Shown here: positions 19,361-28,909 of the stretch, piece after piece
How the letters are laid out: each line of letters starts with the position of its first letter
Numbering within the stretch: the stretch's first letter is position 1
Origin: Actinomycetes bacterium
Lineage (GTDB): Bacteria; Actinomycetota; Actinomycetes; S36-B12
Reading direction: 5' to 3'
Assembly (NCBI GenBank): GCA_965278945.1
Contig: OZ257128.1
Location: forward strand, 680,257-744,256
DNA length: 64,000 nt
Notes under the pieces: generated by a model
What the model was told of the DNA's origin: nothing
Databases searched by the model: none
The model's input: only the letters and a program-made list of their open reading frames with translations
Translations under genes and position numbers: made by a program

Positions 19361-20731
19361 ATGACCAGCAACACGGATGTTGATGTCGTAGTCGTCGGCG
19401 CGGGTGGTGGCGGGCTCGCCGCCGCCCTCGCCGTTGCGGACGCGGGCAAGTCAGTAGTGGTGCTCGAGAAGCTCGACCGCGCAGGTGGCAACACGGCGCT
19501 GTCGACCGGATCGATTCCCGCCGCCGGCTCCCGGCTCCAGCGAGAGGCCGGCGTCGAGGACAGCGTGGATCGCATGATTGCCGACCTCCTACGGCAAAGC
19601 GGTCCGCACGAAGCCGAGGGCCTTACCCGTCGGCTGTCCGCGACGTCGGCCGACCTCGTGGACTGGCTGGTCGACACTCACGGGGTGAAGCTGTCGCTCA
19701 TCACCGACTACAAGCACGTGGGCCACTCGGTCACGCGGTTGCACGCACCCGTGTCGCGACGTGGCTCCGACCTGGCCAACGACCTCCTCGATGCCTGCGC
19801 CCGCGCCGGTGTCGAGGTGCTGGTGGGCAACCCGGTCACGGGACTGGTCGTGGAGGACGGCAAGGTCCGCGGAGTCGTCGTCGGGGGAGACCGGGTGGCG
19901 GAGTACGTCCTCACGTGCGACGCCGTGATCCTGGCGTCCAACGGCTTCGCCGCGAACAAGGCGCTCATCGAGAAGTGGATCCCGGAACTGTCCTCCGTTG
20001 AGTACTTCGGTGCTCACGGCTCGACCGGTGAGGCGCTGGAATGGGGACTGGATCTCGGCGGATACCTGCAGAACACGTCCGCCTACCAGGGCTACGCCGC
20101 GGTTGCCTATCCCCATGGCTCCCTGCTGTCGTGGACCACGGTGGAGAAGGGCGCGGTCATCGTCGACTCCACCGGAAGCCGGCTGGGCGACGAGATCCTC
20201 GGGTACTCGGGCTTCACCGCAGAGGTGCTGAAAGGCACGGCGCCCTCGTTCGTCGTCTACGACGCGAGGATCAAGGCGGTCGCCATGAAGGAAGAGGAGT
20301 TCGTCGAACTCGTCGAGATGGGCGGCGCCCGGGAGTTCGAGACGGTCGAGGACATGGCTGATGCGTGCGGCATCGATCGCGCGGCTCTCGTCGCCACGGT
20401 CGAGACGTACAACTCCGCGGCAAGCGGCAACACGGATGACGCATTCGGTCGAACCGACTTCGGTCAGGCACCGCTCACCGCGCCCTTCGTGGCCTCGCGT
20501 GTGACTCCTGGGCTGTTCCACACGCAAGGCGGCCTCGCGGTCGACGACGACGGTCGAGTGCTCAGTGCCGACGGCGGCGTCGTTGCCGGACTGTTCGCGG
20601 TCGGCGGCGTCGCGCCGGGGATCAGCGGGCTCACGGGCGGCCGAGGCTATTCGTCGGGCAATGGCCTGCTGTCCGCTGTCGGACTCGGCCGGCTGGCCGG
20701 CATCGCTGCAAGTCAGGAAGCAGGACAGTGA
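19361..20731 (+). CDS. FAD-dependent oxidoreductase (flavocytochrome c/fumarate reductase/ketosteroid dehydrogenase superfamily)
   Basis: VVVVGAGGGG, LEK...GGNTALSTG, FHTQGGL, GLFAVG, SGNGL. Confidence 0.88.
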   Translation: MTSNTDVDVVVVGAGGGGLAAALAVADAGKSVVVLEKLDRAGGNTALSTGSIPAAGSRLQREAGVEDSVDRMIADLLRQSGPHEAEGLTRRLSATSADLVDWLVDTHGVKLSLITDYKHVGHSVTRLHAPVSRRGSDLANDLLDACARAGVEVLVGNPVTGLVVEDGKVRGVVVGGDRVAEYVLTCDAVILASNGFAANKALIEKWIPELSSVEYFGAHGSTGEALEWGLDLGGYLQNTSAYQGYAAVAYPHGSLLSWTTVEKGAVIVDSTGSRLGDEILGYSGFTAEVLKGTAPSFVVYDARIKAVAMKEEEFVELVEMGGAREFETVEDMADACGIDRAALVATVETYNSAASGNTDDAFGRTDFGQAPLTAPFVASRVTPGLFHTQGGLAVDDDGRVLSADGGVVAGLFAVGGVAPGISGLTGGRGYSSGNGLLSAVGLGRLAGIAASQEAGQ

Positions 20732-22098
20732 CAACGTCGCACTGGGATGCATGGCAGGACTCGCTCTACGCACGCGTCGACGCTCTTGCCGACGGCTCGG
20801 TGGTGCTTGACGGCGCGACCCGGCGTAGAGCCGCACTCGTGCTCGTCGACGACACGGCCGCGATGGCCGCGGCGCTCGATGAGCCCCAGGTGCAGGCGCT
20901 GTCCGCAGCAGCGATGCGCATCGAGCCGAACGCGGAGTCCACGCACGTCACCGGCAACAGGAGCGGTCGCGGCTGGTCCGCACTGGTCAACGCGGTAGCG
21001 GCCAACTGGAACGAGCTCGACGAGGGCTATCGGCCGGCAACCTGCCACGGCGGCCTGTACGCGCTGCCCGCGGCAATGGCCGAGATCGAGGCACGCAACG
21101 GAACCCTCGGCGAGCTGCTCACGGCGCTCGTCGCCGGCTACGAGGTCTCGACGGCCTACGCACGGGTCATGCGCCCGCCGCGTCCGTTCGTGTTCCACCC
21201 GCACGCGACGATGGCGCCGGTCGGGGCCGCGGCTGCGGTCGCTGCCGTTCGCGGCGCGTCCGGTCCCGGCATCCGATCGGCATCTCAGGTTGCGATCACG
21301 ATGGCCGCTGCTGGTCCCTTCGATCATGCGATGAAGGGCCTGCTCGTCCGGAATGGTTGGGCGGGCCACGGTGCGCTCAGCGGCTTCACGGCAGTCGAGC
21401 TCGCCGCGGCAGGCATCGAGGGCGATGCCACCAGCGCGCTCGGAGTGCTCGAGCGCGGGTTCGGCTACCCACTCGACGAGGACGAGCTGCGCGCGGACCA
21501 GAACACGTGGTCGATCCACGACGGCTATCACAAGAGCTACGCGTGCTGTCAGTACTCCCACAGCGCAGTGGAAGCCACCTTGTCTTTGGTCTCGGGCCGG
21601 CTCGCCGACGTTCCCGTCGATGACATCGCCTCGATCCTGATAGACGCCAACCCACTCGCGATCACCCTCAACAACGCGAATCCCGTCTCCGTCCTCGGGG
21701 GCAAGTTCTCCCTGCCGCACTCCGTCGCCGCGGTCATCGTGCGCGGCAACGCCGATGCCGAGGCGTTCTCCGAGGCCTACGTCAACGATCCCGACGTCGT
21801 CGCACTGCGCAACAAGATCACGATTCAGCCGTACGAGGGTGACCTCGAGCCGCCGTACGACCGTCCGGCGCGCCTGACCGTGACGACGTCGTCCGGGGCG
21901 GTCTATGTCGAGGAGTGCCGCAGCGCGATGGGCGGGCCCGATCGACCGCTGTCGGATGAGGATGTCCTGGACAAGGTGGAGCTCATCACCGCCGGGCAGA
22001 TGCCGCTGTTTGCCGCCGTGGCGCGAGGACTGGTCGCGGGCACGGTGAGCGACGACACCCTGTGGGCCGACGTGATCGCCGAACTGTGGTCGCGTTGA
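20728..22098 (+). CDS. MmgE/PrpD family protein 1
   Basis: NELDEGY...CHGG, VAGYEV, KSYACCQYSH, KFSLP. Confidence 0.9.
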   Translation: MTTSHWDAWQDSLYARVDALADGSVVLDGATRRRAALVLVDDTAAMAAALDEPQVQALSAAAMRIEPNAESTHVTGNRSGRGWSALVNAVAANWNELDEGYRPATCHGGLYALPAAMAEIEARNGTLGELLTALVAGYEVSTAYARVMRPPRPFVFHPHATMAPVGAAAAVAAVRGASGPGIRSASQVAITMAAAGPFDHAMKGLLVRNGWAGHGALSGFTAVELAAAGIEGDATSALGVLERGFGYPLDEDELRADQNTWSIHDGYHKSYACCQYSHSAVEATLSLVSGRLADVPVDDIASILIDANPLAITLNNANPVSVLGGKFSLPHSVAAVIVRGNADAEAFSEAYVNDPDVVALRNKITIQPYEGDLEPPYDRPARLTVTTSSGAVYVEECRSAMGGPDRPLSDEDVLDKVELITAGQMPLFAAVARGLVAGTVSDDTLWADVIAELWSR

Positions 22099-23474
22099 TC
22101 CAGCAGAAGTCGTCCCTCGCGGGCCGTCTGATCCAGGCTCGCGAGGACGTCCCCGAGCACGTGCTGCAGTCCGCGCGGTTGCACCTCCTCGACGCACTCG
22201 CAGTCGGCCTGGCCGGCTCGCGAGTCGGTCCGGTCAGCGGCGTGACCGCTCTCGCGGCGGGCCAGGGACGCGGTCGAAGCACCGTCCTTGGCTCGTCGGA
22301 AGCCGTGCCGTCGCCGATCGCCGCGCTGATCAACGGGTCCTTGATTCACTCCCTCGAGTACGACGACACCCACGTCGCGTCCGTCATGCACGGGAGCAGC
22401 GTCATGGCCTCGTCCGCGCTCGCGGTGTCCGAGGAACAGGGGTCCACCGGGCTCCAGATGCTGTCCTCCTTCGCCATCGGCTGGGAGTTCTTGATCAGGA
22501 TCGGGCTCGCCAGCCCCGGGCGCATTCAATCCCAGGGCTTCCAGATCACGTCCGCTGCCGGGGCGTTCGCCTCTGCGGCAGTCTCCTGCCTGCTGCATGG
22601 CGACGGGCCGGACGTGTTCGACAATGCCATCGGCATCGCTGGCAGCCAGGCGTCGGGCACGTTCGCGTTCCTTGCGGACGGCGACACGGTGAAGGCCGTG
22701 CAGCCGGGCTGGTCCGCGCATGCCGGACTGCTCGCCGCCCAGCTCGCGCGCGCTGGAGTCACCGGACCGAGCAGCGTGTTCGACGGGCCGTTCGGGTTCT
22801 TCACTCTCTACGCCAAGGACCCGGACGCCGGCGCGAACCTCGCCGTGCAGCTCGCGGACCTGGGTGAGGTGTGGCGCCTGCCGGAAGCGGCCTTCAAGCT
22901 GCAGCCGTGCTGCCACTACATCCACCCGTTCATCGAGGCGCTCGAGCAGCTCATGGCGCAAGGGGTGTCCGCGAGCAGCCTCGTGAGCCTTCACTGCTGG
23001 GTACCCGAGGAGGTCGTAGCGATCATCGCCGAGCCGTGGCCGCAGCGTCAGCGGCCAGCCAAGGCGCACGACGCGCGCTGGAGCCTGCCCTATGTCCTGG
23101 GCGCCGTGCTCGATCGCGGGGGTCTGGAGATCTCCGTCTTCAGCGGAGAGTGCGACGACGCCATCATGGCGATCAGCGAGCGCGTCAGCTACGAGCCGTG
23201 GATCGACAGCGGGTATCCATCGAGATTCCCCGCCAGGGTCCGGGCCGAGCTGTCCGATGGATCGGTCATCGAGTGCAGTGTCGATGATGTCAAAGGCAGC
23301 CCTTCCCGGCCGGTCAGTGTCGACGACGTCCTCGCCAAGGCGATCGCCAATTTCATGTCCGGCGGCATGGCCGAGCACGATGCCAAGACGATCGCGGACG
23401 AGTTGCTCAACGCGGCCGATCCCGATGTCAGCATGCTCAGCGAGCTTCTCCAGATCCACCGCCAGACTCAATGA
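22095..23474 (+). CDS. MmgE/PrpD family protein 2
   Basis: HSLEYDDTH...MHGS, KLQPCCHYIH, RWSLPY; TTGA overlap. Confidence 0.9.
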   Translation: MIQQKSSLAGRLIQAREDVPEHVLQSARLHLLDALAVGLAGSRVGPVSGVTALAAGQGRGRSTVLGSSEAVPSPIAALINGSLIHSLEYDDTHVASVMHGSSVMASSALAVSEEQGSTGLQMLSSFAIGWEFLIRIGLASPGRIQSQGFQITSAAGAFASAAVSCLLHGDGPDVFDNAIGIAGSQASGTFAFLADGDTVKAVQPGWSAHAGLLAAQLARAGVTGPSSVFDGPFGFFTLYAKDPDAGANLAVQLADLGEVWRLPEAAFKLQPCCHYIHPFIEALEQLMAQGVSASSLVSLHCWVPEEVVAIIAEPWPQRQRPAKAHDARWSLPYVLGAVLDRGGLEISVFSGECDDAIMAISERVSYEPWIDSGYPSRFPARVRAELSDGSVIECSVDDVKGSPSRPVSVDDVLAKAIANFMSGGMAEHDAKTIADELLNAADPDVSMLSELLQIHRQTQ

Positions 23475-23499
23475 TCACCACGACAAGAAGGGCGAGCAG

Positions 23500-23925
23500 A
23501 TGACTATGACGTTCACCGAGGCCGAGGAACTGGTCGACCGCTACCTGACCTTGTTCATGGAGGGCAAGCTCGACGAGGCGCAGGCGTGCCTTGCTCCGGA
23601 TGCGAAGCTGATCTTTCCCGGCGGCGCCATCCAGACCTCGCTGCCCGACGTGGCGGCCGAGGTCGTGCGGCTCTACGAGTCGGTGGCCAAGAGGATCGAC
23701 CGCACCTGGTCGGCGAATCTAGGCGACGACATCATCGTCACCACGACCGGCTACCTGTATGGAACCAGCCGGACGTTCGGCGAGTTCGACAACGTGCGCT
23801 TCATCGACTTCTTCACGGTCCGTGACGGGAAGATCGTCGCGCAGGAGGTCATCAACGACGCGTCGCAGGTGGGCGTCGTCGCGCCCTACTCACGCAGCCA
23901 GGCGGAGATTGCCGTCGCTAACTAG
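23500..23925 (+). CDS. SnoaL/NTF2-like protein
   Basis: FPGG, GYLYG, VRFIDFFTVRDGKIVAQEVIND. Confidence 0.82.
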   Translation: MTMTFTEAEELVDRYLTLFMEGKLDEAQACLAPDAKLIFPGGAIQTSLPDVAAEVVRLYESVAKRIDRTWSANLGDDIIVTTTGYLYGTSRTFGEFDNVRFIDFFTVRDGKIVAQEVINDASQVGVVAPYSRSQAEIAVAN

Positions 23926-25355
23926 CGGCGACGCGTGCGAAAGTCCGACACCCAGTCGGGCATGCGGATCGACGGAGTGAGCGGTACGCGCGTGCGCGCT
24001 CGCACGCAACTGGTCAGCACTCCGGTTCCGTACGCGGCATCGTCGACAAGGCGCAGCGCCGCGTAGCGAGCCGGGTCGAGCGGTGGTCGTCTCGTCGCGT
24101 ACTCCCACGCGATCGGAGCGAGCATGCAGGCGGAAAGCGAGCGCGCGATGCGCGAGCGCGGGGCGAGGACGAGGGCTGCTGCGCCGACCGGCCACCATTC
24201 GCGGCGAAGCAGGTGCCCGATGCCGGCGGCGTCCGCGATGATGCCCTGGCCGACGATCCTCGCGGCGAGCAGCTCGGGGCTGTCCAGCGCGCGCAACTGG
24301 CGGGACAAGGCAACCGCCGCACCCGTAGCGACCACCGCGCCGGCTCGCGGCCGGCCGGTCGCGAGCAGGGCGAGCGCGGCAATGTTCCATGCCGACACGC
24401 GCGCGGGAGTGAGCTTGTCGGGATGGCGTACCGACAGCGCGGCAGCCGACGTTCCGTACTCGTAGCGGCGGGTGAGCCACGCGCGCGGACGTGCGCGAGT
24501 GGCGTGCTCGACCACGACGGTCGGGTCGTACAGCACGTGCCAGCCCTCGTCGGTGAGGCGCCAGACGAGATCCACGTCCTCGCCGAGTCGAAGGTCCTCG
24601 TCGAATCCCGTGCCGAGCGCGTTGCGCCGGACGATCAGGGCGGCTGTCGGCACGAAGCCAAGCCGCGAGCCCGGGCGCACGAGCTCGGGGAACAGGCCCA
24701 TGTCGAGCGAGGAGCGAGTCGCCTCGTAGCGGTCGATCACGCTGCGGCCCAAGGGGTTCGCGCGCACGCGTGGCGCGACGGCAGCGACGGCGGGGTCGGC
24801 GAAGTGGTGCAGCATCGAGGCGGGCCAGCCGGGCGGAGCGATGCAGTCCGAGTCCAAGAAGGCGACGAACTCGCTTTGCGATGCGGCGACTCCGGTGTTG
24901 CGTGCCGCTGCCGGACCCGTGTTCTGCGCATGCGCGACCACCGTCACCGCATGCCGATCGCCAACAGCACGCATGGCATGGGGATTGACGGAGCCGTCGT
25001 CGACGACGATCACGTCGGGCACCCCTGGCAGCGACGACAGCGTCCGGTCGAGGCTGTCCGGTCGGTCCATCGCGGGAATGACGACGCAGGCGGTGCCGGA
25101 ACCAAGGTCAGGACCCTGCACCACGATCGCGAATCCACGATCGACGAGCATCCGGAAGATGGCGAGAGTCTGCGGGTCCGACGCCGAGACCCCTGTGCTG
25201 CCGCTGCCCAGGAGGTTCACGACGACGATGCGCGCCGCACCCGTCATCCGGCTGATCCGCCACGGCGAGCCGCCGATCAGCGCGGAGGCGTTCGCCCACG
25301 ACCGCACGTGCGGTGCAAGCCGAACCACCGTTCCCGCGGGCAGCGAGCGATCCAC
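23922..25355 (-). CDS. mftF: Mycofactocin glycosyltransferase
   Basis: LIGGSP N-terminus, GT2 motifs VVDDGS, GPAAARN, FLDSD, SSLDMG, GEDVD; mft context. Confidence 0.92.
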   Translation of the reverse strand: MDRSLPAGTVVRLAPHVRSWANASALIGGSPWRISRMTGAARIVVVNLLGSGSTGVSASDPQTLAIFRMLVDRGFAIVVQGPDLGSGTACVVIPAMDRPDSLDRTLSSLPGVPDVIVVDDGSVNPHAMRAVGDRHAVTVVAHAQNTGPAAARNTGVAASQSEFVAFLDSDCIAPPGWPASMLHHFADPAVAAVAPRVRANPLGRSVIDRYEATRSSLDMGLFPELVRPGSRLGFVPTAALIVRRNALGTGFDEDLRLGEDVDLVWRLTDEGWHVLYDPTVVVEHATRARPRAWLTRRYEYGTSAAALSVRHPDKLTPARVSAWNIAALALLATGRPRAGAVVATGAAVALSRQLRALDSPELLAARIVGQGIIADAAGIGHLLRREWWPVGAAALVLAPRSRIARSLSACMLAPIAWEYATRRPPLDPARYAALRLVDDAAYGTGVLTSCVRARTRVPLTPSIRMPDWVSDFRTRRR

Positions 25356-25949
25356 TCAGCTGTCCAGGATCGAGCGCAGCGCCGAGCCGGTTCCCACCAG
25401 CAATTGCTCGAGTGTCTGCGCGTCGCTCTCCAGCCACTGCTCGTACGCCGATAGCGCCAAGGCCAGCGCGACGTGCCCCGCCAGTCGCGGGACGAGGTCA
25501 TCGGCCGGCACCGCAAGGCGGGTGGCGACATACGAGGAGATCACCGCGCGCCACTGCTCGTATCGCAGTGCGGAGTGGGCCTGGAGCGCGGGCGTGCGCA
25601 GGATGAGCGCCATCCGCTGGCGATGCTGGGGGAGCGTGGCCGGGTCGAAGCGGTTGAAGTCCACGACCGCACGATTGATGGCCTCGAACAGCGGCACGTC
25701 AGGGGGCGTCTGGTCGAGGGTGTGCCGCAGGCCCTCGAGGCTGGCATCGAACTGGCCCCAGGGAATGTCGTTCTTCGATGGGAAGTAGCGGAACAGGGTT
25801 CGGCGGCCCACGCCCAGGACCGTCGCGATGTCGTCGAGCGTGGTCTCGTCGAAGCCCTGGTTCGCGAACAGCTCGAACGAGACGGCTTCGATTTCGGCAT
25901 GGCTGGTCACCGGGGGACGTCCGGCGGCGGGCCGGTCTGCCGTGCTCAT
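25356..25949 (-). CDS. mftR: Mycofactocin system TetR regulator
   Basis: RRTLFRYFPSKNDIPWGQFD, HRQRMALILRTPALQAHS; divergent from mftA. Confidence 0.93.
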   Translation of the reverse strand: MSTADRPAAGRPPVTSHAEIEAVSFELFANQGFDETTLDDIATVLGVGRRTLFRYFPSKNDIPWGQFDASLEGLRHTLDQTPPDVPLFEAINRAVVDFNRFDPATLPQHRQRMALILRTPALQAHSALRYEQWRAVISSYVATRLAVPADDLVPRLAGHVALALALSAYEQWLESDAQTLEQLLVGTGSALRSILDS

Positions 25950-26004
25950 GACCGGATGAACCTAGCAGGCATTCACACAGTATTAACACGAATGTATTGC
26001 TTTT

Positions 26005-26019
26005 TGGCGCACGGTGCCA
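26005..26019 (+). promoter_or_regulatory. Putative MftR operator within the mftA promoter
   Basis: TGGCGCACGGTGCCA (GGC-N7-GCC palindrome) between TTGCTT (25997-26002) and TACTGT (26021-26026). Confidence 0.6.
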
Positions 26020-26062
26020 TTACTGTCCGATCAGTTGCAATCCACTCAGCGAAGGGATCGAC

Positions 26063-26158
26063 ATGAGCATCGAGGCACCCCAGACCGAAACCCAGGACCT
26101 GCAGGTCGAGACCTTGATCGAGGACGTCTCGATCGACGGTATGTGCGGCGTCTACTAG
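26063..26158 (+). CDS. mftA: Mycofactocin precursor peptide (absent from ORF track)
   Basis: MSIEAPQTETQDLQVETLIEDVSIDGMCGVY*, with the diagnostic IDGMCGVY C-terminus; GAAGGGA RBS. Confidence 0.98.
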   Translation: MSIEAPQTETQDLQVETLIEDVSIDGMCGVY

Positions 26159-26170
26159 GCCTGCATCAGC

Positions 26171-26452
26171 ATGACGATGCTCGACGAGCCCTGGCAGTTG
26201 TCCCCACGCGTGGAACTGCGCCCGGAGCCGTTCGGCGCACTCGCCTACAACTTCAGCACCAGGCGCCTGACCTTCCTCAAGCGACCTGAGCTCGTAACCG
26301 TCGTCGCGGGCCTTGCCGCCGGTGCCGACGTGCGCGAGGCGCTGCAGGCAGCAGGCGTGCCGCCCGAGCAATGGCCTTCGTACGTGAAGGCCCTCGAGTC
26401 GCTCGCAGAAGCGGGCACGATCCAACCGCGAACACTGGAGGCTGCATCGTGA
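26171..26452 (+). CDS. mftB: Mycofactocin RRE chaperone
   Basis: LRPEPFGALAYNFSTRRLTFLK. Confidence 0.95.
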   Translation: MTMLDEPWQLSPRVELRPEPFGALAYNFSTRRLTFLKRPELVTVVAGLAAGADVREALQAAGVPPEQWPSYVKALESLAEAGTIQPRTLEAAS

Positions 26453-27699
26453 CCATCCTCGACGAGCGCATCACCACCGCTCCCGCAGAACGCCCCACCG
26501 GCGGCTCGCTGCTCGACCAGTTCGAGCTCGGCCTTAACGCACCCATCTGCCTGACGTGGGAGCTGACGTACGCATGCAACCTCGCATGCGTCCATTGCCT
26601 GTCGTCCTCGGGCAAGCGCGACCCGCGCGAGCTCAGCACGAAGCAGGCCGAGGCCGTCATCGATGAGTTGCAGCGGATGCAGGTGTTCTACATCAACATC
26701 GGCGGCGGCGAGCCCACGATCCGCCCCGACTTCTGGCATCTGCTCGACTATGCCGTGTCGCACAACGTCGGCGTGAAGTTCTCGACGAACGGCGTGCGCA
26801 TCACCCCCGAGCGCGCGAGCTTCCTCGCGTCGACCGACTACGTCGACGTGCAGATCTCGCTCGACGGCGCGACCGCCGAGGTCAATGACCGCGTGCGCGG
26901 CACGGGCTCCTACGACATGGCGATCCGCGCGCTGGAGAACCTGTCTGCTGCTGGTTTCAAGGACGCGAAGATCTCGGTTGTCGTCACGCGCGAGAACGTC
27001 GGCCAGCTCGACGAGTTCAAGGCGCTGGCCGATCGGCACGGCGCCACCCTGCGACTGACCCGGCTTCGCCCGTCTGGTCGCGGTGCCGACGTGTGGGACG
27101 ACCTGCACCCCACGGCCGCGCAGCAGCGCGACCTGTACAACTGGCTGATGAAGGCCGGCGAGAACGTCCTCACCGGTGACTCCTTCTTCCACCTCGCCGG
27201 CTTCGGCGAGCCGCTGCCCGGCCTCAACCTGTGCGGTGCCGGCCGCGTCGTGTGTCTCATCGATCCCATCGGCGATGTCTACGCGTGCCCCTTCGCCATC
27301 CATGACAACTTCCTCGCCGGCAACTTGCTCAACCCCGGTGGATTCAAGGAGGTCTGGCAGAACTCGGAGCTCTTCGCCGACCTGCGCTCCCCGCAGACGT
27401 CGGGCGCATGCACGAAGTGCCAGCACTTCGACTCGTGCCGCGGTGGCTGCATGGCCGCGAAGTTCTTCACCGGACTTCCGCTCGACGGTCCCGATCCCGA
27501 GTGCGTCCAGGGCTACAGCGAGGACGCGCTGCTGCAGGTCGGACGCACCGTCCCCGCCGCGAGCCAGGACCATTCGAAGACGTCTAAGCGCAAGCAGGAG
27601 CCGGTCCTGGTCCAGCTCGGGATGCTCAGCCCCGCGACGCCTCCGGTGCATGGCTGCGCCGAGAGCCCCCTCGCGGGCTTCAACCCCGCCGTCATCTAA
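26449..27699 (+). CDS. mftC: Mycofactocin radical SAM/SPASM maturase
   Basis: APICLTWELTYACNLACVHC; SPASM cysteines; CRGGCMAAKFFTGLP. Confidence 0.97.
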   Translation: MTILDERITTAPAERPTGGSLLDQFELGLNAPICLTWELTYACNLACVHCLSSSGKRDPRELSTKQAEAVIDELQRMQVFYINIGGGEPTIRPDFWHLLDYAVSHNVGVKFSTNGVRITPERASFLASTDYVDVQISLDGATAEVNDRVRGTGSYDMAIRALENLSAAGFKDAKISVVVTRENVGQLDEFKALADRHGATLRLTRLRPSGRGADVWDDLHPTAAQQRDLYNWLMKAGENVLTGDSFFHLAGFGEPLPGLNLCGAGRVVCLIDPIGDVYACPFAIHDNFLAGNLLNPGGFKEVWQNSELFADLRSPQTSGACTKCQHFDSCRGGCMAAKFFTGLPLDGPDPECVQGYSEDALLQVGRTVPAASQDHSKTSKRKQEPVLVQLGMLSPATPPVHGCAESPLAGFNPAVI

Positions 27700-27724
27700 G
27701 TTCCGATCCTTCGAGGGGTTCACA

Positions 27725-28909
27725 GTGGCAAATCCGTGGTTCGAGTCCGTCGCCGAGGCGCAGCGTCGTGCGAAGAAGCGTCTTCCGTCGTCGGTCTACA
27801 GCGCACTGCTCGCCGGTAACGAGAAGGGCACGTCGTACGACGACAACATCACCGCGTTCTCCAAGATCGAGCTGGCCCCGCACGTGGCCGGACTGCACGC
27901 CGAGCGCGACCTAGCGACAACGTTCATGGGCCAGCCCATCTCCCTGCCGGTCGTGACCTCGCCGACCGGCGTGCAGGCCGTTCATCCCGACGGCGAGATC
28001 GCCATCGCGCGCGCGACTGCCGCTCGCGGCACCGCGATGGGACTCGGCTGCTTCGGCAGCAAGCCTCTCGCCGACGTGATCGCGGCGAATCCGCAGACCT
28101 TCTTCCAGATGTACTGGATGGGCACCCGCGACCAGATGCTCGAGCGCCTCGCGTATGCGAAGGACCTCGGCGCGAAGGGCATCATCTTGACCCTTGACTG
28201 GTCGTTCTCCTATGGACGTGACTGGGGCAGCCCGGTCATCCCGGAGAAGATCGACTTCAAGACGATGGTGCAGTTCGCCCCGCAGGTGATCGCGAAGCCG
28301 AAGTGGCTCGCGTCGTTCGCGCGCGGTGGCGGCATCCCCGACCTCGGCACCCCGAACCTGAAGAACGAGGCCGGGGAGACTCCCACCTTCTTCGGTGCGT
28401 ACTACGAGTGGATGCAGACCCCGCCGTGCACATGGGAGGACCTGGCCTGGCTGCGCTCGCAGTGGGACGGGCCGTTCATGCTCAAGGGCATCTGCCGCGT
28501 CGACGACGCGAAGCGCACGGTCGATGCCGGCTTCTCGACACTGTCGGTCTCCAACCACGGCGGAAACAACATCGACTCCACGCCCGCCCCGATCCGGGTG
28601 CTCCCCAGCATCGTCGAGGCCGTCGGCCAGGACATCGAGATCGTCATGGACGGCGGCATCCGCCGCGGCAGCGACGTCGTGAAGGCGCTTGCGCTCGGGG
28701 CCAAGGCCGTCATGATCGGACGCCCGTACCTGTGGGCGCTCGCGGCGAACGGCCAGGGCGGGGTCGAGAACGTCCTGGACATCCTGCGCAGCGGAATCGA
28801 CTCCACCGTCTACGCGCTGGGACACAAGTCGATCCACGACCTGTCTCCCGCGGACGTCATCGTCCCCGAAGGATTCACCAGAACCCTCGGTGCCGTCGGG
28901 AGCAAGTAG
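27725..28909 (+). CDS. mftD: Pre-mycofactocin synthase (FMN-dependent deaminase)
   Basis: WFESVAEAQRRAKKRLP, SPTGVQAVHPDGE, SNHGGNN, DGGIRRG. Confidence 0.96.
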   Translation: MANPWFESVAEAQRRAKKRLPSSVYSALLAGNEKGTSYDDNITAFSKIELAPHVAGLHAERDLATTFMGQPISLPVVTSPTGVQAVHPDGEIAIARATAARGTAMGLGCFGSKPLADVIAANPQTFFQMYWMGTRDQMLERLAYAKDLGAKGIILTLDWSFSYGRDWGSPVIPEKIDFKTMVQFAPQVIAKPKWLASFARGGGIPDLGTPNLKNEAGETPTFFGAYYEWMQTPPCTWEDLAWLRSQWDGPFMLKGICRVDDAKRTVDAGFSTLSVSNHGGNNIDSTPAPIRVLPSIVEAVGQDIEIVMDGGIRRGSDVVKALALGAKAVMIGRPYLWALAANGQGGVENVLDILRSGIDSTVYALGHKSIHDLSPADVIVPEGFTRTLGAVGSK

